Shown here: positions 14,401-30,200 of the stretch, piece after piece
How positions within the stretch are numbered: the first letter of the stretch is position 1
How the letters are laid out: each line of letters begins with the position of its first letter
From: the human T2T-CHM13v2.0 reference genome, Homo sapiens
Length of the DNA: 64,000 nucleotides
Direction: 5' to 3' (one strand)
NCBI RefSeq assembly: GCF_009914755.1
Contig: NC_060946.1
Position numbers and translations under genes: made by a program
The notes under the pieces: model-generated
What the model was told of the DNA's origin: nothing
The model's database searches: none
The model's input: the letters and a program-made list of their open reading frames with translations, nothing else

Positions 14401-15299
14401 ACTACAGAAAGAGTGTTTCAAAACTGCTGTACGAAAGGGAATGTTCAACTCTGTGACTTGAATGCACACATCACAAAGAAGTTTCTGAGGATGCTGCTGT
14501 CTACTTTTTATACGTAATCCCGTTTCCAACGAAATCCTCCAAGCTATCCAAATATCCACTTGCAGATTCCACAGAAAGACTGTTTCAAAACTGCTCTGTC
14601 AATAGAAAGGTTCAACTCTGTTAGCTGCGTGCATATATCCCAAAGAAGATTCTGAGATTGCTTCTGTCTAGTTTTTATCGGAAGATATTTCCCTTTTCAC
14701 CATAGGTGTCAAGGTGCTCCAAATGTCCACTTCCAGATACTACAAAAAGAGTGTTTCAAACCTACTCTGTGAAAGGGAATATTCAACTCTGTGACTTGAA
14801 TGCAGATATCACAAAGAAGTTTCTGAGAATGCTTCTGTCGAGATTTTATATGAAGATATTCCCGTTTCCAATGAAATCCTGAAATCTATCCAAATATCCC
14901 CTCGCAGATTCTACAAAAAGAGTGTTTCAAAACTGCTCTGTAAAAAGAAAGGTTCAACTCTGTTAGTTGAGTACACACATCACAAACAAGTTTCACAGAA
15001 TGCTTCTTTCTAGCTTGTAGGGGAAGATATTCCCTTTATCACCATGGGCCTCAAACCGTCCGAAACGTCCACTTCCATATACTACAAAAAGAGCGTTTCA
15101 AACCTGCTCTATGAAAGGCAATGTTGAACTCTGTGACTTGAATGCAGACATCACAGAGCAGTTTCTGAGAATGCTTCTGTCTAGATTTTATAGGAAGATA
15201 TTCCCGTTTCCAACGAAATCTTCACAGCTATCCAAATATCCACTTGCAGATTCTACAAAAAGAGTGTATCAAAACTGCTCTGTCAAAAGGAAGGTTCTT

Positions 15300-18200
15300 C
15301 TCTGTTAGGTGAGTGCATACGTCATAAAGGAGTTTCTGAGAATGTTTCTGTCTAGTGGTTATGGGAAGATATTTGCTTTTTCACCGTAGGCCTCAGAGCG
15401 CTCCAAATATCCACTTGCACAGACTACAAAAAGAGTGCTTCAAAGCTGCTCTCTGAAAGGGAATGTTCAACTCTATGAGTTGAATGCAAACATCACAAAG
15501 ACGTTTCTGAGAATGCTTCTGTCTAGATTTGATATGAAGATATTCCCGTTTCCAACGAAATCTTCAAATCTATCCAAATGTCCACTTGCAGATTCAACAA
15601 AAAGTGTTTTTCAGAACTGCTCTATCAAAAGAAAGATCCACCTCTGTTAGCTGAGTTCACACATCACAAACAAGTTTATGAGAATGCTTCTGTCTAGTTT
15701 TTATTTGAAGATATTGCCTTTCTCACCATAGACCTGAAAGCTGTCCTAATGTTCACTTCCAGATACTACAGAAAGAGTGTTTCAAAACTGCTGTACGAAA
15801 GGGAATGTTCAACTCTGTGACTTGAATGCACACATCACAAAGAAGTTTCTGAGGATGCTGCTGTCTACTTTTTATACCTAATCCCGTTTCCAACGAAATC
15901 CTCCAAGCTATCCAAATATCCACTTGCAGATTCCACAGAAAGACTGTTTCAAAACTGCTCTGTCAATAGAAAGGTTCAACTCTGTTAGTTGCGTGCATAT
16001 ATCCCAAAGAAGATTCTGAGATTCCTTCTGTCTAGTTTTTATGGGAAGATATTTCCCTTTTCACCATAGGTGTCAAGGCGCTCCAAATGTCCACTTCCAG
16101 ATACTACAAAAAGAGTGTTTCAAACCTACTCTGTGAAAGGGAATATTCAACTCTGTGACTTGAATGCAGATATCACAAAGAAGTTTCTGAGAATGCTTCT
16201 GTCGAGATTTTATATGAAGATATTCCCGTTTCCAATGAAATCCTGAAATCTATCCAAATATCCCCTCGCAGATTCTACAAAAAGAGTGTTTCAAAACTGC
16301 TCTGTAAAAAGAAAGGTTGAACTCTGTTAGTTGAGTACACACATCACAAACAAGTTTCACAGAATGCTTCTTTCTAGCTTGTAGGGGAAGATATTCCCTT
16401 TATCACCATGGGCCTCAAACCGTCCGAAACGTCCACTTCCATATACTACAAAAAGAGCGTTTCAAACCTGCTCTAGGAAAGGCAATGTTCAACTCTGTGA
16501 CTTGAATGCAGACATCACAGAGCAGTTTCTGAGAATGCTTCTGTCTAGATTTTATAGGAAGATATTCCCGTTTCCAACGAAATCTTCACAGCTATCCAAA
16601 TATCCACTTGCAGATTCTACAAAAAGAGTGTATCAAAACTGCTCTGTCAAAAGGAAGGTTCTTCTCTGTTAGGTGAGTGCATACGTCATAAAGGAGTTTC
16701 TGAGAATGTTTCTGTCTAGTGGTTATGGGAAGATATTTGCTTTTTCCCCGTAGGCCTCAGAGCGCTCCAAATATCCACTTGCACAGACTACAAAAAGAGT
16801 GCTTCAAAGCTGCTCTCTGAAAGGGAATGTTCAACTCTATGAGTTGAATGCAAACATCACAAAGACGTTTCTGAGAATGCTTCTGTCTAGATTTGATATG
16901 AAGATATTCCCGTTTCCAACGAAATCTTCAAATCTATCCAAATGTCCACTAGCAGATTCAACAAAAAGTGTTTTTCAGAACTGCTCTATCAAAAGAAAGA
17001 TCCACCTCTGTTAGCTGAGTTCACACATCACAAACAAGTTTATGAGAATGCTTCTGTCTAGTTTTTATTTGAAGATATTGCCTTTCTCACCATAGACCTG
17101 AAAGCTGTCCTAATGTTCACTTCCAGATACTACAGAAAGAGTGTTTCAAAACTGCTGTACGAAAGGGAATGTTCAACTCTGTGACTTGAATGCACACATC
17201 ACAAAGAAGTTTCTGAGGATGCTGCTGTCTACTTTTTATACGTAATCCCGTTTCCAACGAAATCCTCCAAGCTATCCAAATATCCACTTGCAGATTCCAC
17301 AGAAAGACTGTTTCAAAACTGCTCTGTCAATAGAAAGGTTCAGCTCTGTTAGCTGCGTGCATATATCCCAAAGAAGATTCTGAGATTGCTTCTGTCTAGT
17401 TTTTATCGGAAGATATTTCCCTTTTCACCATAGGTGTCAAGGTGCTCCAAATGTCCACTTCCAGATACTACAAAAAGAGTGTTTCAAACCTACTCTGTGA
17501 AAGGGAATATTCAACTCTGTGACTTGAATGCAGATATCACAAAGAAGTTTCTGAGAATGCTTCTGTCGAGATTTTATATGAAGATATTCCCGTTTCCAAC
17601 GAAATCCTGAAATCTATCCAAATATCCCCTCGCAGATTCTACAAAAAGAGTGTTTCAAAACTGCTCTGTAAAAAGAAAGGTTCAACTCTGTTAGTTGAGT
17701 ACACACATCACAAACAAGTTTCACAGAATGCTTCTTTCTAGCTTGTAGGGGAAGATATTCCCTTTATCACCATGGGCCTCAAACCGTCCGAAACGTCCAC
17801 TTCCATATACTACAAAAAGAGCGTTTCAAACCTGCTCTATGAAAGGCAATGTTGAACTCTGTGACTTGAATGCAGACATCACAGAGCAGTTTCTGAGAAT
17901 GCTTCTGTCTAGATTTTATAGGAAGATATTCCCGTTTCCAACGAAATCTTCACAGCTATCCAAATATCCACTTGCAGATTCTACAAAAAGAGTGTATCAA
18001 AACTGCTCTGTCAAAAGGAAGGTTCTTCTCTGTTAGGTGAGTGCATACGTCATAAAGGAGTTTCTGAGAATGTTTCTGTCTAGTGGTTATGGGAAGATAT
18101 TTGCTTTTTCACCGTAGGCCTCAGAGCGCTCCAAATATCCACTTGCACATACTACAAAAAGAGTGCTTCAAAGCTGCTCTCTGAAAGGGAATGTTCAACT

Positions 18201-21200
18201 CTATGAGTTGAATGCAAACATCACAAAGACGTTTCTGAGAATGCTTCTGTCTAGATTTGATATGAAGATATTCCCGTTTCCAACGAAATCTTCAAATCTA
18301 TCCAAATGTCCACTTGCAGATTCAACAAAAAGTGTTTTTCAGAACTGCTCTATCAAAAGAAAGATCCACCTCTGTTAGCTGAGTTCACACATCACAAACA
18401 AGTTTATGAGAATGCTTCTGTCTAGTTTTTATTTGAAGATATTTCCTTTCTCACCATAGACCTGAAAGCTGTCCTAATGTTCACTTCCAGATACTACAGA
18501 AAGAGTGTTTCAAAACTGCTGTACGAAAGGGAATGTTCAACTCTGTGACTTGAATGCACACATCACAAAGAAGTTTCTGAGGATGCTGCTGTCTACTTTT
18601 TATACGTAATCCCGTTTCCAACGAAATCCTCCAAGCTATCCAAATATCCACTTGCAGATTCCACAGAAAGACTGTTTCAAAACTGCTCTGTCAATAGAAA
18701 GGTTCAACTCTGTTAGCTGCGTGCATATATCCCAAAGAAGATTCTGAGATTGCTTCTGTCTAGTTTTTATCGGGATATTTCCCTTTTCACCGTAGGTGTC
18801 AAGGTGCTCCAAATGTCCACTTCCAGATACTACAAAAAGAGTGTTTCAAACCTACTCTGTGAAAGGGAATATTCAACTCTGTGACTTGAATGCAGATATC
18901 ACAAAGAAGTTTCTGAGAATGCTTTTGTCGAGATTTTATATGAAGATATTCCCGTTTCCAACGAAATCCTGAAATCTATCCAAATATCCCCTCGCAGATT
19001 CTACAAAAAGAGTGTTTCAAAACTGCTCTGTAAAAAGAAAGGTTCAACTCTGTTAGTTGAGTACACACATCACAAACAAGTTTCACAGAATGCTTCTTTC
19101 TAGCTTGTAGGGGAAGATATTCCCTTTATCACCATGGGCCTCAAACCGTCCGAAACGTCCACTTCCATATACTACAAAAAGAGCGTTTCAAACCTGCTCT
19201 ATGAAAGGCAATGTTCAACTCTGTGACTTGAATGCAGACATCACAGAGCAGTTTCTGAGAATGCTTCTGTCTAGATTTTATAGGAAGATATTCCCGTTTC
19301 CAACGAAATCTTCACAGCTATCCAAATATCCACTTGCAGATTCTACAAAAAGAGTGTATCAAAACTGCTCTGTCAAAAGGAAGGTTCTTCTCTGTTAGGT
19401 GAGTACATACGTCATAAAGGAGTTTCTGAGAATGTTTCTGTCTAGTGGTTATGGGAAGATATTTGCTTTTTCACCGTAGGCCTCAGAGCGCTCCAAATAT
19501 CCACTTGCACATAGTACAAAAAGAGTGCTTCAAAGCTGCTCTCTGAAAAGGAATGTTCAACTCTATGAGTTGAATGCAAACATCACAAAGACGTTTCTGA
19601 GAATGCTTCTGTCTAGATTTGATATGAAGATATTCCCGTTTCCAACGAAATCTTTAAATCTATCCAAATGTCCACTTGCAGATTCAACAAAAAGTGTTTT
19701 TCAGAACTGCTCTATCAAAAGAAAGATCCACCTCTGTTAGCTGAGTTCACACATCACAAACAAGTTTATGAGAATGCTTCTGTCTAGTTTTTATTTGAAG
19801 ATATTGCCTTTCTCACCATAGACCTGAAAGCTGTCCTAATGTTCACTTCCAGATACTACAGAAAGAGTGTTTCAAAACTGCTGTACGAAAGGGAATGTTC
19901 AACTCTGTGACTTGAATGCACACATCACAAAGAAGTTTCTGAGGATGCTGCTGTCTACTTTTTATACGTAATCCTGTTTCCAACGAAATCCTCCAAGCTA
20001 TCCAAATATCCACTTGCAGATTCCACAGAAAGACTGTTTCAAAACTGCTGTCAATAGAAAGGTTCAACTCTGTTAGCTGCGTGCATATATCCCAAAGAAG
20101 ATTCTGAGATTGCTTCTGTCTAGTTTTTATGGGAAGATATTTCCCTTTTCACCGTAGGTGTCAAGGTGCTCCAAATGTCCAATTCCAGATACTACAAAAA
20201 GAGTGTTTCAAACCTACTCTGTGAAAGGGAATATTCAACTCTGTGACTTGAATGTAGATATCACAAAGAAGTTTCTGAGAATGCTTCTGTCGAGATTTTA
20301 TATGAAGATATTCCCGTTTCGAACGAAATCCTGAAATCTATCCAAATATCCCCTCGCAGATTCTACAAAAAGAGTGTTTCAAAACTGCTCTGTAAAAAGA
20401 AAGGTTCAACTCTGTTAGTTGAGTACACACATCACAAACAGGTTTCACAGAATGCTTCTTTCTAGCTTGTAGGGGAAGATATTCCCTTTATCACCATGGG
20501 CCTCAAACCGTCCGAAACGTCCACTTCCATATACTACAAAAAGAGCGTTTCAAACCTGCTCTAGGAAAGGCAATGTTCAACTCTGTGACTTGAATGCAGA
20601 CATCACAGAGCAGTTTCTGAGAATGCTTCTGTCTAGATTTTATAGGAAGATATTCCCGTTTCCAACGAAATCTTCACAGCTATCCAATATCCACTTGCAG
20701 ATTCTACAAAAAGAGTGTATCAAAACTGCTCTGTCAAAAGGAAGGTTCTTCTCTGTTAGGTGAGTGCATACGTCATAAAGGAGTTTCTGAGAATGTTTCT
20801 GTCTAGTGGTTATGGGAAGATATTTGCTTTTTCACCGTAGGCCTCAGAGCGCTCCAAATATCCACTTGCACATACTACAAAAAGAGTGCTTCAAAGCTGC
20901 TCTCTGAAACGGAATGTTCAACTCTATGAGTTGAATGCAAACATCACAAAGACGTTTCTGAGAATGCTTCTGTCTAGATTTGATATGAAGATATTCCCGT
21001 TTCCAACGAAATCTTCTAATCTATCCAAATGTCCACTTGCAGATTCAACAAAAAGTGTTTTTCAGAGCTGCTCTATCAAAAGAAAGATCCACCTCTGTTA
21101 GCTGAGTTCACACATCACAAACAAGTTTATGAGAATGCTTCTGTCTAGTTTTTATTTGAAGATATTTCCTTTCTCACCATAGACCTGAAAGCTGTCCTAA

Positions 21201-24200
21201 TGTTCACTTCCAGATACTACAGAAAGAGTGTTTCAAAACTGCTGTACGAAAGGGAATGTTCAACTCTGTGACTTGAATGCACACATCATAAAGAAGTTTC
21301 TGAGGATGCTGCTGTCTACTTTTTATACGTAATCCCGTTTCCAACGAAATCCTCCAAGCTATCCAAATATCCACTTGCAGATTCCACAGAAAGACTGTTT
21401 CAAAACTGCTCTGTCAATAGAAAGGTTCAACTCTGTTAGCTGCGTGCATATATCCCAAAGAAGATTCTGAGATTACTTCTGTCTAGTTTTTATGGGAAGA
21501 TATTTCCCTTTTCACCGTAGGCGTCAAGGCGCTCCAAATGTCCAATTCCAGATACTATAAAAAGAGTGTTTCAAACCTACTCTGTGAAAGGGAATATTCA
21601 ACTCTGTGACTGGAATGCAGATATCACAAAGAAGTTTCTGAGAATGCTTCTGTCGAGATTTTATATGAAGATATTCCCGTTTAAAACGAAATCCTGAAAT
21701 CTATCCAAATATCCCCTCGCAGATTCTACAAAAAGAGTGTTTCAAAACTGCTCTGTAAAAAGAAAGGTTCAACTCTGTTAGTTGAGTACACACATCACAA
21801 ACAAGTTTCACAGAATGCTTCTTTCTAGCTTGTAGGGGAAGATATTCCCTTTATCACCATGGTCCTCAAACCGTCCGAAACGTCCTCTTCCATATAGTAC
21901 AAAAAGAGCGTTTCAAAACTGCTCTATGAAAGGCAATGTTCAACTCTGTGACTTGAATGCAGACATCACAGAGCACTTTCTGAGAATGCTTCTGTCTAGA
22001 TTTTATAGGAAGATATTCCCGTTTCCAACGAAATCTTCACAGCTATCCAAATATCCACTTGCAGATTCTACAAAAAGAGTGTATCAAAAATGCTCTGTCA
22101 AAAGGAAGGTTCTTCTCTGTTAGGTGAGTGCATACGTCATAAAGGAGTTTCTGAGAATGTTTCTGTCTAGTGGTTATGGGAAGATATTTGCTTTTTCCCC
22201 GTAGGCCTCAGAGCGCTCCAAATATCCACTTGCACAGACTACAAAAAGAGTGCTTCAAAGCTGCTCTCTGAAAGGGAATGTTCAACTCTATGAGTTGAAT
22301 GCAAACATCACAAAGACGTTTCTGAGAATGCTTCTGTCTAGATTTGATATGAAGATATTCCCGTTTCCAACGAAATCTTCAAATCTATCCAAATGTCCAC
22401 TAGCAGATTCAACAAAAAGTGTTTTTCAGAACTGCTCTATCAAAAGAAAGATCCACCTCTGTTAGCTGAGTTCACACATCACAAACAAGTTTATGAGAAT
22501 GCTTCTGTCTAGTTTTTATTTGAAGATATTGCCTTTCTCACCATAGACCTGAAAGCTGTCCTAATGTTCACTTCCAGATACTACAGAAAGAGTGTTTCAA
22601 AACTGCTGTACGAAAGGGAATGTTCAACTCTGTGACTTGAATGCACACATCACAAAGAAGTTTCTGAGGATGCTGCTGTCTACTTTTTATACGTAATCCC
22701 GTTTCCAACGAAATCCTCCAAGCTATCCAAATATCCACTTGCAGATTCCACAGAAAGACTGTTTCAAAACTGCTCTGTCAATAGAAAGGTTCAGCTCTGT
22801 TAGCTGCGTGCATATATCCCAAAGAAGATTCTGAGATTGCTTCTGTCTAGTTTTTATCGGAAGATATTTCCCTTTTCACCATAGGTGTCAAGGTGCTCCA
22901 AATGTCCACTTCCAGATACTACAAAAAGAGTGTTTCAAACCTACTCTGTGAAAGGGAATATTCAACTCTGTGACTTGAATGCAGATATCACAAAGAAGTT
23001 TCTGAGAATGCTTCTGTCGAGATTTTATATGAAGATATTCCCGTTTCCAACGAAATCCTGAAATCTATCCAAATATCCCCTCGCAGATTCTACAAAAAGA
23101 GTGTTTCAAAACTGCTCTGTAAAAAGAAAGGTTCAACTCTGTTAGTTGAGTACACACATCACAAACAAGTTTCACAGAATGCTTCTTTCTAGCTTGTAGG
23201 GGAAGATATTCCCTTTATCACCATGGGCCTCAAACCGTCCGAAACGTCCACTTCCATATACTACAAAAAGAGCGTTTCAAACCTGCTCTATGAAAGGCAA
23301 TGTTGAACTCTGTGACTTGAATGCAGACATCACAGAGCAGTTTCTGAGAATGCTTCTGTCTAGATTTTATAGGAAGATATTCCCGTTTCCAACGAAATCT
23401 TCACAGCTATCCAAATATCCACTTGCAGATTCTACAAAAAGAGTGTATCAAAACTGCTCTGTCAAAAGGAAGGTTCTTCTCTGTTAGGTGAGTGCATACG
23501 TCATAAAGGAGTTTCTGAGAATGTTTCTGTCTAGTGGTTATGGGAAGATATTTGCTTTTTCACCGTAGGCCTCAGAGCGCTCCAAATATCCACTTGCACA
23601 GACTACAAAAAGAGTGCTTCAAAGCTGCTCTCTGAAAGGGAATGTTCAACTCTATGAGTTGAATGCAAACATCACAAAGACGTTTCTGAGAATGCTTCTG
23701 TCTAGATTTGATATGAAGATATTCCCGTTTCCAACGAAATCTTCAAATCTATCCAAATGTCCACTTGCAGATTCAACAAAAAGTGTTTTTCAGAACTGCT
23801 CTATCAAAAGAAAGATCCACCTCTGTTAGCTGAGTTCACACATCACAAACAAGTTTATGAGAATGCTTCTGTCTAGTTTTTATTTGAAGATATTGCCTTT
23901 CTCACCATAGACCTGAAAGCTGTCCTAATGTTCACTTCCAGATACTACAGAAAGAGTGTTTCAAAACTGCTGTACGAAAGGGAATGTTCAACTCTGTGAC
24001 TTGAATGCACACATCACAAAGAAGTTTCTGAGGATGCTGCTGTCTACTTTTTATACCTAATCCCGTTTCCAACGAAATCCTCCAAGCTATCCAAATATCC
24101 ACTTGCAGATTCCACAGAAAGACTGTTTCAAAACTGCTCTGTCAATAGAAAGGTTCAACTCTGTTAGTTGCGTGCATATATCCCAAAGAAGATTCTGAGA

Positions 24201-27200
24201 TTCCTTCTGTCTAGTTTTTATGGGAAGATATTTCCCTTTTCACCATAGGTGTCAAGGCGCTCCAAATGTCCACTTCCAGATACTACAAAAAGAGTGTTTC
24301 AAACCTACTCTGTGAAAGGGAATATTCAACTCTGTGACTAGAATGCAGATATCACAAAGAAGTTTCTGAGAATGCTTCTGTCGAGATTTTATATGAAGAT
24401 ATTCCCGTTTCCAATGAAATCCTGAAATCTATCCAAATATCCCCTCGCAGATTCTACAAAAAGAGTGTTTCAAAACTGCTCTGTAAAAAGAAAGGTTGAA
24501 CTCTGTTAGTTGAGTACACACATCACAAACAAGTTTCACAGAATGCTTCTTTCTAGCTTGTAGGGGAAGATATTCCCTTTATCACCATGGGCCTCAAACC
24601 GTCCGAAACGTCCACTTCCATATACTACAAAAAGAGCGTTTCAAACCTGCTCTAGGAAAGGCAATGTTCAACTCTGTGACTTGAATGCAGACATCACAGA
24701 GCAGTTTCTGAGAATGCTTCTGTCTAGATTTTATAGGAAGATATTCCCGTTTCCAACGAAATCTTCACAGCTATCCAAATATCCACTTGCAGATTCTACA
24801 AAAAGAGTGTATCAAAACTGCTCTGTCAAAAGGAAGGTTCTTCTCTGTTAGGTGAGTGCATACGTCATAAAGGAGTTTCTGAGAATGTTTCTGTCTAGTG
24901 GTTATGGGAAGATATTTGCTTTTTCCCCGTAGGCCTCAGAGCGCTCCAAATATCCACTTGCACAGACTACAAAAAGAGTGCTTCAAAGCTGCTCTCTGAA
25001 AGGGAATGTTCAACTCTATGAGTTGAATGCAAACATCACAAAGACGTTTCTGAGAATGCTTCTGTCTAGATTTGATATGAAGATATTCCCGTTTCCAACG
25101 AAATCTTCAAATCTATCCAAATGTCCACTAGCAGATTCAACAAAAAGTGTTTTTCAGAACTGCTCTATCAAAAGAAAGATCCACCTCTGTTAGCTGAGTT
25201 CACACATCACAAACAAGTTTATGAGAATGCTTCTGTCTAGTTTTTATTTGAAGATATTGCCTTTCTCACCATAGACCTGAAAGCTGTCCTAATGTTCACT
25301 TCCAGATACTACAGAAAGAGTGTTTCAAAACTGCTGTACGAAAGGGAATGTTCAACTCTGTGACTTGAATGCACACATCACAAAGAAGTTTCTGAGGATG
25401 CTGCTGTCTACTTTTTATACGTAATCCCGTTTCCAACGAAATCCTCCAAGCTATCCAAATATCCACTTGCAGATTCCACAGAAAGACTGTTTCAAAACTG
25501 CTCTGTCAATAGAAAGGTTCAGCTCTGTTAGCTGCGTGCATATATCCCAAAGAAGATTCTGAGATTGCTTCTGTCTAGTTTTTATCGGAAGATATTTCCC
25601 TTTTCACCATAGGTGTCAAGGTGCTCCAAATGTCCACTTCCAGATACTACAAAAAGAGTGTTTCAAACCTACTCTGTGAAAGGGAATATTCAACTCTGTG
25701 ACTTGAATGCAGATATCACAAAGAAGTTTCTGAGAATGCTTCTGTCGAGATTTTATATGAAGGTATTCCCGTTTCCAACGAAATCCTGAAATCTATCCAA
25801 ATATCCCCTCGCAGATTCTACAAAAAGAGTGTTTCAAAACTGCTCTGTAAAAAGAAAGGTTCAACTCTGTTAGTTGAGTACACACATCACAAACAAGTTT
25901 CACAGAATGCTTCTTTCTAGCTTGTAGGGGAAGATATTCCCTTTATCACCATGGGCCTCAAACCGTCCGAAACGTCCACTTCCATATACTACAAAAAGAG
26001 CGTTTCAAACCTGCTCTATGAAAGGCAATGTTCAACTCTGTGACTTGAATGCAGACATCACAGAGCAGTTTCTGAGAATGCTTCTGTCTAGATTTTATAG
26101 GAAGATATTCCCGTTTCCAACGAAATCTTCACAGCTATCCAAATATCCACTTGCAGATTCTACAAAAAGAGTGTATCAAAACTGCTCTGTCAAAAGGAAG
26201 GTTCTTCTCTGTTAGGTGAGTGCATACGTCATAAAGGAGTTTCTGAGAATGTTTCTGTCTAGTGGTTATGGGAAGATATTTGCTTTTTCACCGTAGGCCT
26301 CAGAGCGCTCCAAATATCCACTTGCACAGACTACAAAAAGAGTGCTTCAAAGCTGCTCTCTGAAAGGGAATGTTCAACTCTATGAGTTGAATGCAAACAT
26401 CACAAAGACGTTTCTGAGAATGCTTCTGTCTAGATTTGATATGAAGATATTCCCGTTTCCAACGAAATCTTCAAATCTATCCAAATGTCCACTTGCAGAT
26501 TCAACAAAAAGTGTTTTTCAGAACTGCTCTATCAAAAGAAAGATCCACCTCTGTTAGCTGAGTTCACACATCACAAACAAGTTTATGAGAATGCTTCTGT
26601 CTAGTTTTTATTTGAAGATATTTCCTTTCTCACCATAGACCTGAAAGCTGTCCTAATGTTCACTTCCAGATACTACAGAAAGAGTGTTTCAAAACTGCTG
26701 TACGAAAGGGAATGTTCAACTCTGTGACTTGAATGCACACATCACAAAGAAGTTTCTGAGGATGCTGCTGTCTACTTTTTATACGTAATCCCGTTTCCAA
26801 CGAAATCCTCCAAGCTATCCAAATATCCACTTGCAGATTCCACAGAAAGACTGTTTCAAAACTGCTCTGTCAATAGAAAGGTTCAACTCTGTTAGCTGCG
26901 TGCATATATCCCAAAGAAGATTCTGAGATTGCTTCTGTCTAGTTTTTATCGGGATATTTCCCTTTTCACCGTAGGTGTCAAGGTGCTCCAAATGTCCACT
27001 TCCAGATACTACAAAAAGAGTGTTTCAAACCTACTCTGTGAAAGGGAATATTCAACTCTGTGACTTGAATGCAGATATCACAAAGAAGTTTCTGAGAATG
27101 CTTTTGTCGAGATTTTATATGAAGATATTCCCGTTTCCAACGAAATCCTGAAATCTATCCAAATATCCCCTCGCAGATTCTACAAAAAGAGTGTTTCAAA

Positions 27201-30200
27201 ACTGCTCTGTAAAAAGAAAGGTTCAACTCTGTTAGTTGAGTACACACATCACAAACAAGTTTCACAGAATGCTTCTTTCTAGCTTGTAGGGGAAGATATT
27301 CCCTTTATCACCATGGGCCTCAAACCGTCCGAAACGTCCACTTCCATATACTACAAAAAGAGCGTTTCAAACCTGCTCTATGAAAGGCAATGTTCAACTC
27401 TGTGACTTGAATGCAGACATCACAGAGCAGTTTCTGAGAATGCTTCTGTCTAGATTTTATAGGAAGATATTCCCGTTTCCAACGAAATCTTCACAGCTAT
27501 CCAAATATCCACTTGCAGATTCTACAAAAAGAGTGTATCAAAACTGCTCTGTCAAAAGGAAGGTTCTTCTCTGTTAGGTGAGTACATACGTCATAAAGGA
27601 GTTTCTGAGAATGTTTCTGTCTAGTGGTTATGGGAAGATATTTGCTTTTTCACCGTAGGCCTCAGAGCGCTCCAAATATCCACTTGCACATAGTACAAAA
27701 AGAGTGCTTCAAAGCTGCTCTCTGAAAAGGAATGTTCAACTCTATGAGTTGAATGCAAACATCACAAAGACGTTTCTGAGAATGCTTCTGTCTAGATTTG
27801 ATATGAAGATATTCCCGTTTCCAACGAAATCTTTAAATCTATCCAAATGTCCACTTGCAGATTCAACAAAAAGTGTTTTTCAGAACTGCTCTATCAAAAG
27901 AAAGATCCACCTCTGTTAGCTGAGTTCACACATCACAAACAAGTTTATGAGAATGCTTCTGTCTAGTTTTTATTTGAAGATATTGCCTTTCTCACCATAG
28001 ACCTGAAAGCTGTCCTAATGTTCACTTCCAGATACTACAGAAAGAGTGTTTCAAAACTGCTGTACGAAAGGGAATGTTCAACTCTGTGACTTGAATGCAC
28101 ACATCACAAAGAAGTTTCTGAGGATGCTGCTGTCTACTTTTTATACGTAATCCTGTTTCCAACGAAATCCTCCAAGCTATCCAAATATCCACTTGCAGAT
28201 TCCACAGAAAGACTGTTTCAAAACTGCTGTCAATAGAAAGGTTCAACTCTGTTAGCTGCGTGCATATATCCCAAAGAAGATTCTGAGATTGCTTCTGTCT
28301 AGTTTTTATGGGAAGATATTTCCCTTTTCACCGTAGGTGTCAAGGTGCTCCAAATGTCCAATTCCAGATACTACAAAAAGAGTGTTTCAAACCTACTCTG
28401 TGAAAGGGAATATTCAACTCTGTGACTTGAATGTAGATATCACAAAGAAGTTTCTGAGAATGCTTCTGTCGAGATTTTATATGAAGATATTCCCGTTTCG
28501 AACGAAATCCTGAAATCTATCCAAATATCCCCTCGCAGATTCTACAAAAAGAGTGTTTCAAAACTGCTCTGTAAAAAGAAAGGTTCAACTCTGTTAGTTG
28601 AGTACACACATCACAAACAGGTTTCACAGAATGCTTCTTTCTAGCTTGTAGGGGAAGATATTCCCTTTATCACCATGGGCCTCAAACCGTCCGAAACGTC
28701 CACTTCCATATACTACAAAAAGAGCGTTTCAAACCTGCTCTAGGAAAGGCAATGTTCAACTCTGTGACTTGAATGCAGACATCACAGAGCAGTTTCTGAG
28801 AATGCTTCTGTCTAGATTTTATAGGAAGATATTCCCGTTTCCAACGAAATCTTCACAGCTATCCAATATCCACTTGCAGATTCTACAAAAAGAGTGTATC
28901 AAAACTGCTCTGTCAAAAGGAAGGTTCTTCTCTGTTAGGTGAGTGCATACGTCATAAAGGAGTTTCTGAGAATGTTTCTGTCTAGTGGTTATGGGAAGAT
29001 ATTTGCTTTTTCACCGTAGGCCTCAGAGCGCTCCAAATATCCACTTGCACAGACTACAAAAAGAGTGCTTCAAAGCTGCTCTCTGAAACGGAATGTTCAA
29101 CTCTATGAGTTGAATGCAAACATCACAAAGACGTTTCTGAGAATGCTTCTGTCTAGATTTGATATGAAGATATTCCCGTTTCCAACGAAATCTTCTAATC
29201 TATCCAAATGTCCACTTGCAGATTCAACAAAAAGTGTTTTTCAGAGCTGCTCTATCAAAAGAAAGATCCACCTCTGTTAGCTGAGTTCACACATCACAAA
29301 CAAGTTTATGAGAATGCTTCTGTCTAGTTTTTATTTGAAGATATTTCCTTTCTCACCATAGACCTGAAAGCTGTCCTAATGTTCACTTCCAGATACTACA
29401 GAAAGAGTGTTTCAAAACTGCTGTACGAAAGGGAATGTTCAACTCTGTGACTTGAATGCACACATCATAAAGAAGATTCTGAGGATGCTGCTGTCTACTT
29501 TTTATACGTAATCCCGTTTCCAACGAAATCCTCCAAGCTATCCAAATATCCACTTGCAGATTCCACAGAAAGACTGTTTCAAAACTGCTCTGTCAATAGA
29601 AAGGTTCAACTCTGTTAGCTGCGTGCATATATCCCAAAGAAGATTCTGAGATTACTTCTGTCTAGTTTTTATGGGAAGATATTTCCCTTTTCACCGTAGG
29701 CGTCAAGGCGCTCCAAATGTCCAATTCCAGATACTATAAAAAGAGTGTTTCAAACCTACTCTGTGAAAGGGAATATTCAACTCTGTGACTGGAATGCAGA
29801 TATCACAAAGAAGTTTCTGAGAATGCTTCTGTCGAGATTTTATATGAAGATATTCCCGTTTAAAACGAAATCCTGAAATCTATCCAAATATCCCCTCGCA
29901 GATTCTACAAAAAGAGTGTTTCAAAACTGCTCTGTAAAAAGAAAGGTTCAACTCTGTTAGTTGAGTACACACATCACAAACAAGTTTCACAGAATGCTTC
30001 TTTCTAGCTTGTAGGGGAAGATATTCCCTTTATCACCATGGTCCTCAAACCGTCCGAAACGTCCTCTTCCATATAGTACAAAAAGAGCGTTTCAAAACTG
30101 CTCTATGAAAGGCAATGTTCAACTCTGTGACTTGAATGCAGACATCACAGAGCACTTTCTGAGAATGCTTCTGTCTAGATTTTATAGGAAGATATTCCCG

